In this document: positions 18,472 to 27,731 of the stretch, in pieces
Layout of the letters: the number at the start of each line of letters is the position of its first letter
How positions within the stretch are numbered: position 1 is the first letter of the stretch
From: an uncultured Gemmatimonadales bacterium
Lineage (GTDB): Bacteria; Gemmatimonadota; Gemmatimonadetes; Longimicrobiales; Longimicrobiaceae
NCBI GenBank assembly: GCA_963716255.1
Contig: OY970303.1
Location: 4,768,001-4,832,000, forward strand
Direction of reading: 5' to 3'
Length of the DNA stretch: 64,000 nt
Notes under the pieces: model-generated
What the model was told of the DNA's origin: nothing
Databases searched by the model: none
Seen by the model: only the letters and a program-made list of their open reading frames with translations
Made by a program: the position numbers and the translations under genes

Positions 18472-21400
18472 GGCCCTCTCCCGGGTGGTCGGCAGGAGGT
18501 TCGGATGGATGTGCCAGGCGCGCCAGCGCCGCCTGGCGGCGGTCTCTTCCGGGTGCTGCAGCCTGCACCTGCGCTCGCCGCCGCTCGGCCCTGGCCCGTG
18601 GCGCCGGGTCCGGCTGGGCGCCGGATTCGAGGAACCGCGCGAATCCGGCGACGGTGGGGTGCGCGAACACGTCCACGAGGCGGATCTCCCGCCCGAGGCG
18701 ATGGGCGAGGAGCGTCTGCACCTGGGTCGCGGCCAGGGAGTTGCCTCCGCACTCGAAGAAGCTGGCGCCGCGGGCGACGGCGGCCCTGCCCAGCACCCCG
18801 CACCAGACGGCCGCCACGGCCTGCTCCAGCTCCCCCACCGGGGGGTCCTGGGGATCGGCGTCGTGGGGAGGGCGCCGCAGGGCGAGCCGGTCCTTCTTGT
18901 TGGTGCGGGTCCTGGGCAAGGCGTCGAGCACGACGACCCGGTTCGGCGTCATGTACTGCGGAAGCACCGCGGCCACGCGCTCGCGCACTTCCCTGCCCAG
19001 CCGGTCGTCGGCGGGCTCCCCGGGACGAGCCACCACGTACCCGACGATCTCGGTGCGACGGTCGTCCGCGAACACGCGCGCGGCGCCCTCCAGCACCCGC
19101 GGATCGCGTTCGAGCGCCGCCTCTATCTCGTCGATCTCGACCCGGTTCCCGTGCACCTTGACCTGCCCGTCCACGCGCCCGGCGAACTCCAGCACGCCGG
19201 GGGCCCGCCATCGGCCGCGGTCGCCGGTCCTGTACAGCACGCCGTCGCCCGTGGGATCGAAGGGGTCGGGGACGTACGCCCTCCGGGTTTCTTCGGGCCG
19301 GTTCCAGTACGCGCCGGCCAGGAACGGGCTGCGGATGTGGATGAAGCCGACGGCGCCGACGGGGCTCGGCCTCATGGCCGCGTCCAGCACCAGGACCTGG
19401 CGGCCCGGGATCGCGTCGCCGATGGGGACCCGGTCCCGCGGGCCGCCGCCGCCGGCGACCTGGCACTCGGTGGCGAGGATGCACTCGGTGGGGCCGTAGC
19501 AGTTGTGCACTGCGACGTGCGGGCCCGCCGCCGCCCACGCCTCGACCACGTCGCGGTGGAGCGCCTCGCCGGCCAGGAGGAGGTGGCGCAGCTCCGGGGC
19601 GAGCCGCCGCCGGCCCGCGGCGGGGCTCACGCGCATGGCGTCCGCGAGCGCACGGGCGAAGGACGGCACCAGCTCCAAGTGGGTGACGCGCTCGGATTCC
19701 ACCCACTCGAACAGGGCCGGGGCGTCGCCCCGCGCGGCGAGGGTGGGGATGCACAGTGTCGCCCCCGAGCACAGCGCCAGGAACACTTCCGTGTATGCCG
19801 CGTCGTACGAGAACGGGGCCCACATCGCCACCCGGCTGGAGCGGTCCACCCCGTAGCGGTGCCGCTGCCACCCGGCGAACTGCGCGATCGTCTCGTGACG
19901 CTGGGGGATGCCCTTGGGCGCGCCGGTGCTCCCGGACGTGTAGACCAGGAATATCGGGTCGCGGCCGGCGACGCACGGCAGCCGGGCCGCGGCCGCCGGC
20001 CCCCACTCGGGCGGCGCCGCGAGGCCCCCCCGCTCGTCCAGCCCGAGCGTCGGCGCGGGGAGGCCGCCCTCGTCCTCCCCGGAGCGGGGCGGCGCCGCAC
20101 ACGCCAGCAGGCACGCGGCCGCCGCGTCCGCGAGCACCTCCCGGCGGCGGGCGGCCGGATCCCGGTCGTCGAGCACCACGAACGCCGCGCCGGCCTTCAT
20201 CACCCCGAGGATGCCGGCGACCTGCGCGAAGCCCGACGTCAGCATCACCGCGACGATCGACCCGGCGCCGACCCCCTCGTCCAGCAGCGCGGCGGCGATC
20301 TCGTCGCTCCGGCGGTCCAGCTCGGCGTACGTCATCGACGCGCCGGCGTAGCGGACGGCGACCGCCAGCGGGTGCGCGGCCGCGTGGCGCCGGAACGTCT
20401 CGTGGGCCGGTGCGTCGACCGCGAAGCGCTCCCGCAGGTGGGGGTCCGGCGCCACGCGGGGCAGGTCGCCGCCGATCCCGATGTCGCCGAGGGGGGCGGA
20501 CCGGTCGTGCGCGACCGCCTCCAGCACCGCGCGGAACGCCCCGCTCCAGCGCTCCACCGTGTCGGGGTCGAACAGCGCCGTGGAGTACTCGACCACGCCG
20601 GCGAGGCCGCCGTCTTCCGGCCACAGCATGAAGGTGAGGTCGTACCGGGCGGTGCCGGTGTCCGCCATGGTGCCGTGCATGGTCGCGCCCGGCAGGCGGA
20701 GCTCGACGGGAGGCCCGTTCTGGAGCACGAGCATCGTCTGCACCAGCGGCGTGACGGACAGGTCCCGCTCCAGCCCCAGCCGGGCGACGACGCGGTCGAA
20801 CGGCGCGTGGGGGTGCGAGAGCGCTTCCAGGCAGGTGGCCCGCACCGCGCGCAGGTGCTCGGCGAAGGGGCGGGCCGGGTCGACCGCGCAGCGGATCGCC
20901 AGGGTATCCACCACGCAGTCCACCAGCATCTCGACCCCGGCGGGCCGCTCCCGGTTTGCCACCGGCACGCCCACGACCACGTCGTCGAGCCCCGCGAACC
21001 GGTGCACTACCGCGTGCAGCGCCGCCAGCAGCACCATGAACAGCGTGCAGCCGCTGGCGGCCGCTGCCGCCTCCAGCCGCTCCCGTACGGGCGGCTCGAC
21101 GCGGAGCCGCGCGAGCGCGCCGGCACTGCTCCGGTGCGGCCCGCGGGGCCGGTCCGTGGGCAGCTCCGCCACGCCGCCGTACCCCGCGAGCCGACCGGCC
21201 CAGTACTCCACCGCCTCGTCGTACGCGCCGGCCGTGTCGCGCTCGCGCTGCCACCGGGCGTAGCCGGCCGCGTCGAGCGGGACGGGCGCGAGATCCGGGA
21301 CGGTCCGGAGGAGGTCGGCCCTCGACAGCTCCGAGATCTCGCCGGCCAGGATCCCCAGCGACCAGTTGTCGAGCACCGCGTGGTGGGCGGTGAGCAGCAG

Positions 21401-24400
21401 CACCCACCGGTCCCGCCCGACCGCGACGACGCGCAGCCGCGCGTGAGGCGGGTCCGCCAGGTCGAAGCGCCGCCGCGCCTCGTCGCGGACCAGCCGCTCG
21501 ACCACGGCGTCGCGGACGGACGGGGGGAGGCCGGTGCAGTCCACGAAGTCGAGGACCGGGGCCGCACGCCGGGGGACGCGCACCATCTCCCCGTCCCGCG
21601 CCTCGAAGGACGAGCGCAGTCCCACGTGCCGCTCCACCACCGCGGCGAACGCGCGCTCCAGGACGTCGGCGGCGAGCGGCCCGGTCGCCCGGACGGCGAC
21701 GGACACGTTCTGCCCCGCCGCCGGGTCGAGCTGGTCCATCAGCCAGAACCGCCGGTGCGCGAACGACATCGGGAAGCCGTCTCCGGCCGATGGGGGCGGG
21801 GCGGGCGCCGCGGCTCCGGCGTACGACACCGGGGCGGCGACCCGCGCGAGCCACCGGACGGTGGGAGTCGCGAAGAAGTCCGCGAGCTCCACCCGGGCGC
21901 CCGTGATCCGTTCGATCCGGCCGAGCAGCCGCACCGCGCTCAGCGAGTTGCCGCCCAGGGAGAAGAAGGACAGCTCCGCGTCGATCGAGCCCGCCGGCCG
22001 GCCCAGCAGCTCCGCCCAGACCTCCGCGACGAACCGCTCGGCCTCCCCCTCCGGCGGACGGACCGGGGCGCCGGCGGCGCCGGAGTCGGCGCCCTGGAAC
22101 AGGTCGCCCGCCGCCAGGCGGTCGACCTTGCCGTTGGGCGTGAGCGGCATCCGGGCGACCAGGCGCAGCTCGGACGGGACCATGACCTCGGGGAGCCGGC
22201 GGCGCAGGAACGAGAGCACGTCCGGCACCGTGGCGGCCGGCGCCTCGACGGCGGCCTCGATCCGCGCTTCGCTTCCGGGCGGCTCGCGGAACAGCACCAC
22301 GGCGTGCGTCACGCCGGGATGCTCCAGGAGCGTCCGCTCGATCTCCATCAGCTCGATGCGATGGCCGCGCAGCTTCACCTGCTGGTCCGCCCGGCCGCGC
22401 AGGTGGAGGCGGCCGTCGCGGCCCATCCAAGCCATGTCGCCGGTCCGGTACGCCGTGCCCAGCGCTGCGTCGATCGGGTCGGGGACGAAGCGCGCCCGGG
22501 TCAACTCGGGGTTGTTCCAGTACCCGGCGGCAACCCCGAGTCCGCCGATGAAGAGCTCCCCCGTCACACCCGGCGGAACCGGCTGCGAGCGCTCGTCCAG
22601 GACGTAGCAGCGGGTGTTCGCGATCGGGCGGCCGATCGCGGGGACCGGCTCGGGCCCGGCGATCCGGGCGGCAGTCGACCAGACGGTGGTCTCGGTGGGC
22701 CCGTACAGGTTCCACACCTCGTCGGCGCGCTCCAAGAGCGCCGCGGCCAGGTCTCCGCTCATCATCTCGCCGCCGCACAGCGCGCGCAGCCCAGGCGTCC
22801 GCCGGAGGCCGGCATCGAGAAGCATCCGCCAGGTGGACGGCGTCGCCTGTACGACCCCGGCCCCCGAGCCCTCCACGAGCGAGGCCAGGGCGCGGCCGTC
22901 GGTGGCGACACGGCGCTCGACGATCCTCACCCGGGCGCCCGCGACCAGCGGCAGGAACAGCTCCAGGACGGAGATGTCGAAGGAGATCGGCGTGATGGCG
23001 AGCAGCGTCTCGTCGGCCGCCAGGCCGGGCTGCTCCCGCATGCTCTGCAGGAAGTTGGCGACGCTGCCGTGGCGGACGGCGACGCCCTTCGGCCGCCCGC
23101 TGGAGCCGGACGTGTACATCACGTACGCGAGGTCGTCCGCGGACGGCGGCGTCGGCGGGAGCGGGCGGCCCCCGCCCCCGGTCAGCGACCGGGGCTCCGC
23201 TATGGGGACGCCCCACGCGCCGAAACGGCCCCCCGCGTCGTCCGACAGCAGCAGCGCGGCGGCGCTGTCATTGAGCATGTAGCGCAGCCGCTCGTCGGGC
23301 TGGCTGCCGTCCAGCGGGACGTAGGCCGCGCCCGCGTCCCAGATCCCGAGCAGCGTCGCGACGAGCAGGTCCGACGGCTCCATGCACACCGCGACGCGCT
23401 CGCCGCGGCCCACCCCCCGCGCGCGAAGCCCGGCGCTCACCGCGCGCGCCGCCTCCAGCAGCGCCCCGTACGACCAGGCCCCGCCGCCCGACAGAACCGC
23501 GGTGCGCTCGGGGTGCCGGGCGGCGGCCGCCGCGAGCGCAGCGACGACTGTCGGCCAGGGCTCCAGGCCGCGGCTCGTGACGGCCAGCCGCCTGGTGACG
23601 TGCTCCTCCAGCGCGGGGCTCATCACCCGCAGCGCGGCGCAGGGACGGTGGGGCTCGCTCGCGGCCGCGCGCAGCAGCGTGCGGTAGCCGTCGGCGAACT
23701 GCTCGATCTCGGCCTCGGAATAGACGTCGGCGCGGTACTCGAACGTCAGCGCCATGCCGCCCTCCCGCAGGTCGATTACCAGGGTCACGTCGAACCGGGC
23801 GGCCCCGGTCGCGGCGGGCTGCGGGGTGGACGTCACGCCGGACAGCTGCAGCGGCGGGAGCGGCATGTTCTGGTAGATGCACATGACGTCGAACAGCGGA
23901 GACCCGTCGCCCGCCGCCGAAAGCGCTTCCGCGACCCACTCGAACGGGACCGCCTGGTTGGCGATCGCCTCGTTGATGCTGGCGTAGGTGGCCCCGGCGA
24001 GCTCGGCGAAGCTGCGCTCGGCCCACTGCGCCTGCAGCACCACCGTGTTCATGAACGGCCCGACGATGCGGGCGAATCTCCGGTCCCTGCGGTTCGCGAC
24101 GGGAAACCCCAACGGCACCGTCACCCGCCCGCTGTAGCGGCCCAGCAGCACGGCGAGCGCAGAGAGCAGCATGGCGAACCGCGAAACTGACTGGCTGCGC
24201 GCGAGCGCATCGATCGCATTCGTGGCGTCGGCTGCGATGTGGCACGTGTAAGTCTTCCCACGCGTGCTCTCGTATCGCGAGCGGGGGCGCTCGGACGGAA
24301 ACGTGACAGCGCGGACGGACGGATCCAGCTTGCGTGTCCAGTACTCGGTCTGGTGCTGCAACCGGTCGGTGACGTCCTCGCTCGCCATCAGGCGCGCATA

Positions 24401-24934
24401 GTCCGCGTAGCTCACCGGGGACGGATACAGCGCCGGCTCCTCGCCCTCGACGAGGCGGTTGTAGGCCTGCGTCAGCTCCCGCGTGAACACGCCGAGCGAC
24501 CAGCCGTCACCGACGAGGTGATGGATCACGATGACGAAGACGTGCCGGTCGCCAGCCTCTTGCAGCAGGTACATCCGGACCAACGGTCCGGCCCGCACGT
24601 CGAACGGGAGGGACGAGATCGCGTCGATCACACGCTGCCGGTGCATGGCTGCATGTCGAATGTCGATCAAGGAAAAAGGAATCCGCACGTTGTTGTTGAA
24701 CAACTGGCGCGGGTCCGCCTCCGAGTCGTCCACCTGCATATTCAGCACAGCATGGTTAGCTACCGCGGCGGCGACAGCGTCCTCAAAGGACGCTGCATCT
24801 AGCGGTCCGTCCAGGCGAAAAGCGACCGCGACGTTGTTTAGCGCCGTCCCGGCATACAGTTGCTCGGTCAGCCAGAAGCGGCGCTGAGTCGGAGCCAACG
24901 GTGCTGACTGGAGCTTGGAGGAGAGTTGAGTCAA
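18452..24934 (-). CDS. Bimodular NRPS C-A(Gly)-T-C-A(?)-T (2160 aa)
   Basis: C1 HHLVGDG; A1 pocket read by eye as about DILQLGLVWK (Gly-type); T FFSLGGNSL; C2 HHAVLDN; A2 YTSGSTGAPKG and YGPTECILAT; T FFECGGNSL. TTG start. Confidence 0.92.
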   Translation of the reverse strand: MTQLSSKLQSAPLAPTQRRFWLTEQLYAGTALNNVAVAFRLDGPLDAASFEDAVAAAVANHAVLNMQVDDSEADPRQLFNNNVRIPFSLIDIRHAAMHRQRVIDAISSLPFDVRAGPLVRMYLLQEAGDRHVFVIVIHHLVGDGWSLGVFTRELTQAYNRLVEGEEPALYPSPVSYADYARLMASEDVTDRLQHQTEYWTRKLDPSVRAVTFPSERPRSRYESTRGKTYTCHIAADATNAIDALARSQSVSRFAMLLSALAVLLGRYSGRVTVPLGFPVANRRDRRFARIVGPFMNTVVLQAQWAERSFAELAGATYASINEAIANQAVPFEWVAEALSAAGDGSPLFDVMCIYQNMPLPPLQLSGVTSTPQPAATGAARFDVTLVIDLREGGMALTFEYRADVYSEAEIEQFADGYRTLLRAAASEPHRPCAALRVMSPALEEHVTRRLAVTSRGLEPWPTVVAALAAAAARHPERTAVLSGGGAWSYGALLEAARAVSAGLRARGVGRGERVAVCMEPSDLLVATLLGIWDAGAAYVPLDGSQPDERLRYMLNDSAAALLLSDDAGGRFGAWGVPIAEPRSLTGGGGRPLPPTPPSADDLAYVMYTSGSSGRPKGVAVRHGSVANFLQSMREQPGLAADETLLAITPISFDISVLELFLPLVAGARVRIVERRVATDGRALASLVEGSGAGVVQATPSTWRMLLDAGLRRTPGLRALCGGEMMSGDLAAALLERADEVWNLYGPTETTVWSTAARIAGPEPVPAIGRPIANTRCYVLDERSQPVPPGVTGELFIGGLGVAAGYWNNPELTRARFVPDPIDAALGTAYRTGDMAWMGRDGRLHLRGRADQQVKLRGHRIELMEIERTLLEHPGVTHAVVLFREPPGSEARIEAAVEAPAATVPDVLSFLRRRLPEVMVPSELRLVARMPLTPNGKVDRLAAGDLFQGADSGAAGAPVRPPEGEAERFVAEVWAELLGRPAGSIDAELSFFSLGGNSLSAVRLLGRIERITGARVELADFFATPTVRWLARVAAPVSYAGAAAPAPPPSAGDGFPMSFAHRRFWLMDQLDPAAGQNVSVAVRATGPLAADVLERAFAAVVERHVGLRSSFEARDGEMVRVPRRAAPVLDFVDCTGLPPSVRDAVVERLVRDEARRRFDLADPPHARLRVVAVGRDRWVLLLTAHHAVLDNWSLGILAGEISELSRADLLRTVPDLAPVPLDAAGYARWQRERDTAGAYDEAVEYWAGRLAGYGGVAELPTDRPRGPHRSSAGALARLRVEPPVRERLEAAAAASGCTLFMVLLAALHAVVHRFAGLDDVVVGVPVANRERPAGVEMLVDCVVDTLAIRCAVDPARPFAEHLRAVRATCLEALSHPHAPFDRVVARLGLERDLSVTPLVQTMLVLQNGPPVELRLPGATMHGTMADTGTARYDLTFMLWPEDGGLAGVVEYSTALFDPDTVERWSGAFRAVLEAVAHDRSAPLGDIGIGGDLPRVAPDPHLRERFAVDAPAHETFRRHAAAHPLAVAVRYAGASMTYAELDRRSDEIAAALLDEGVGAGSIVAVMLTSGFAQVAGILGVMKAGAAFVVLDDRDPAARRREVLADAAAACLLACAAPPRSGEDEGGLPAPTLGLDERGGLAAPPEWGPAAAARLPCVAGRDPIFLVYTSGSTGAPKGIPQRHETIAQFAGWQRHRYGVDRSSRVAMWAPFSYDAAYTEVFLALCSGATLCIPTLAARGDAPALFEWVESERVTHLELVPSFARALADAMRVSPAAGRRRLAPELRHLLLAGEALHRDVVEAWAAAGPHVAVHNCYGPTECILATECQVAGGGGPRDRVPIGDAIPGRQVLVLDAAMRPSPVGAVGFIHIRSPFLAGAYWNRPEETRRAYVPDPFDPTGDGVLYRTGDRGRWRAPGVLEFAGRVDGQVKVHGNRVEIDEIEAALERDPRVLEGAARVFADDRRTEIVGYVVARPGEPADDRLGREVRERVAAVLPQYMTPNRVVVLDALPRTRTNKKDRLALRRPPHDADPQDPPVGELEQAVAAVWCGVLGRAAVARGASFFECGGNSLAATQVQTLLAHRLGREIRLVDVFAHPTVAGFARFLESGAQPDPAPRARAERRRAQVQAAAPGRDRRQAALARLAHPSEPPADHPGEGHATRES

Positions 24935-25141
24935 GGCGCTGAATAGCTCACTGTATGGCGTGCCTGGCAGATAGACGAGGAGAGTCTGGACGATTTGCGC
25001 GAGTCATCTCCAAACACACACGTCACTCCGCCGCCTCCCGCTCTAGTAAAAGGCCATGGCGGTGGCGTCGGAAATGCGGCGGCGGAGCGGCCCCCCCCGG
25101 TGGAAGATGAGTCAAGCGGCCGAAGATGTGTCGGGTCGAGC

Positions 25142-26202
25142 TAGAGCCGTTCCCGAAAGAGATTAGAGCAAGTAGCCGCAGTGCTGGAACCAGCCGTGGG
25201 CATCCTCAGCCGTGATGCGGTCGAGGAGTTCGGCCAGTGCGCTCTCCAGCGCCTCCATCGAGCGGGCTGCCGCCGTACGCAGGAGGGTCTTGAGCTTGCT
25301 CCAGGCCTGCTCGATCGGCGCGAAATCGGGCGAGTAGGGCGGCAGGTAGAGCAGACGCAAGCCTGCCGCGTGGAGCTTCTCGCGCACCTTCGGCACCAGA
25401 TGCGGCTTCAGGTTGTCCAGGACCACGATCGCACCGGGCTTCTTCTCCACCAGGTCGGGGATCAGAACCTGATCGAGGTAAGCGAGGAAGACCGGCGTAT
25501 CGGTGGCCGCTGGAATGCTCATGACGCCGAGCAGCCCCTCCAGGGCGAGCCCGCCCAGGATCGTCAGCCGCTTGTAGTTGCCGAACGGCACGCTGCCTCG
25601 CGCCCGCGCTCCGGGAGCGGCACGGGCGTAGCGGCGCACCATGTGGGTGTCGATGCCGCTCTCGTCCACGAAGACCAGAGCCCGCACGTCGACTCCGGCA
25701 ATCGTTTCGCGGAACTCGGCCCGCTTCTGCTGAACGTCGGATCGGTCCTGTTCAGCGGCTCGCAGCGTTTTTTTTCCGCGGTAGCTTCAGCTTCTGTAGC
25801 GCACGGTGGAGTGCCGAACGGCTCACACTCACCCCCATGCGTTCTTCCACCAAGGCGCGATACTCCTTGATGGTGCGGTCATTCGCTTGCTCGACCATGT
25901 CCGCCAATTGCTTCATCCGCTCTTCATCCAGCCTCGGCTGCGGTCCGCCTGCGTGCGGGAGAGGCGCCAAGGTGGCGTCCTCCTTCCAGCGCCGAAGCCA
26001 AATGTAGAGCGTGGCCTCTCCGATCTCGAATTGCCGGGCCACCTCGGCGCGCGTCATCTCTCCCTTCAGTGCCGCGGAAACAGCACGTTGACGCAAATCT
26101 GCTGAGTAAGGTGCTGCCATCGTACTCCTGTGCAGTCCTGAGACTTAAAACTGCACCCGTTACCCTTGCGGCGTCCTATTGGTCCACCTGGGAACCGCTC
26201 TA
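25142..26202 (-). mobile_element. IS630-family insertion sequence, copy 1 (1061 bp including TA at both ends)
   Basis: Ends TAGAGCCGTTCCC and GGGAACCGCTCTA form an imperfect terminal inverted repeat with TA duplication; encodes HTH orfA and DDE orfB. Confidence 0.93.
25163..26120 (-). CDS. IS630 transposase (orfA 25752-26120 and orfB, joined by a frameshift at an A8 run)
   Basis: orfA MAAPYSADLRQR (HTH); orfB VFVDESG, VVLDNL, LPPYSPDFAPIEQAWSKLK (DDE). Confidence 0.9.
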
Positions 26203-27731
26203 ACCGAGGCTGAGCGCGTCCGAATCCTCCCGCTCATTCGCCAGGGAAAGACGCCGACGCGTGCGCTCTAGCGTGCGCACATTCTCCTGCGAGCCGCTAA
26301 AAAAATCGCGTGCTGTGCTCTACTTGGCCTTTCCCCCGCCGAGGTGCGAAGGATCGCGCAGAAGTTCGAGTTGCACTACACGCCCAATCACGGCAACTGA
26401 TTGAACATATACGAGATTGAATGGTCCGTGCTCGCCCAGCAGTGCCTGGGCGAACGCCTGCCCGACCGCCTCCAAGTCAAGACGGTTGTGGATAGGGGTT
26501 GAGGGGCAGCGCAACCAAGCACATGCCACGGAATCTGGCGCTTCACCACCGAGACTGTCCGCTCACGCTTGGCTCGGCTCTACCCTCTGGTGCCGGCATG
26601 ATCCCTGTAGCCTTCTACTGGTTCGTTGATCGACGACAAGGAGCCGGAGGTGCCAAAGCACGTTGCGGATGAAAATGAGGTGAAAGGGCTGGTGCGAGAC
26701 GAAAGCGGAAACGCCTCGGGTATGTGCTAATTCACCGTCCGCTGGATGAGATGACACCCCAGAAGCATTTCGCTTGAGCCGCCTTCCGCTCGGCTCCATT
26801 TCGGGCGATCGTCTCAAGGCTCTCTATAAGTCGCTCGCCACACATTCGCAACCATACACCTTTTGGCCCGAACCAGGAGGACAGCACGCGGGCTAACCTG
26901 AAGCTAGGGCAAGAAACATTCCACCACCGACTGCGGCATATGCTGGGGTTGTCCGGCATTCTGTCTACACTTAGAAGGAGAATTAAGGAGAATACTGTCG
27001 GGTCCGAGCAACACCAGGGGAAAAAGTGTCCCACCCGTATTGGGGTTGCTCCTTATTTGGCCGTTTTTGAGACAGTCTGCTTGTGCTGCTCCCCTCCCGC
27101 ACGTCAACCAAGTGGGCCCCGTCTCGGAACCGCATTCTAATATCTTGGCTTCTTTACTTAGTCCAGCCGGCGAGTTGCGAGACCTCTGAAACAGATATTG
27201 TTGCATCTAGGATAGGGGTAATCATGCGAGTCGGTTCTGCGCGGGCTTCTTCTGGGGAGCAGCATTCCAATCTCTAGGTAGAAGCCCAATGGCAGGCCGG
27301 TTGCGAACGGGTTTTCTCAGACGAGGCAAGTGGCGCCAAAGCCGGTAGGGCGACCAGTTGAGTACGAGGAGGCTTCTTCCGCAGTCAGGAGGTTCTAGCC
27401 TCCTGACGAGTTCTCCAGAGTACTTGGCGCGGTTCCCCACCCGGCTAGTGGTAGCTGCAACGGCGCTACACCGCTAGGCGGTAGCCATCGTGAGCGCAGA
27501 TTCTACGCTCCCGCGATGCAGACTCGCCCACGGGACTTGAGGTTGTCGATGAGTCCGCATTCCAATAAACCCACCCAAGTATCGGCCTCTGGATTCCGTA
27601 CCAGCATCTATCCCCGGCTGGCGACGGCATAGAATCTTGCGTAAACTGATAGTTAGTGTGCGCCCGTTTGGTCACGCGTCCCATTTTCCGCCGCTCCCTG
27701 CCCACCCCGCGCGAGCTCTGCACACCCAGTG

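Larger units (their letters stand above)
25120..26590 (+). pseudogene. Degenerate, internally deleted older IS630-family transposase, split by the intact IS630 copy
   Basis: Joining 25120-25143 to 26203 onward reads PKMCRVELTEAERVRILPLIRQGKTPTRAL*RAHILLRA (IS630 N-terminus). 26335-26586 reads PAEVRRIAQKFELHYTPNHGN*LNIYEIEWSVLAQQCL...WRFTTETVRSRLARLYP (IS630 C-terminus) with stops and frameshifts. Confidence 0.75.

Noticed and set aside
6201..24190. Very long alternative ORFs (6201-11258 +, 7447-11781 -, 18470-24190 +, 18459-23216 -)
   Set aside because: High-GC off-frame or antisense shadows of the NRPS/PKS genes with no domain motifs.
6282..24934. Bleomycin-family cluster
   Set aside because: It shares the NRPS-PKS-Cy-Ox theme but has too few modules, no methyltransferase in the PKS, and no sugar or resistance genes in view.
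26600..27720. Short ORFs in the lower-GC gap
   Set aside because: No recognisable motifs, RBS or coding-like bias; no transposon left end seen here either.
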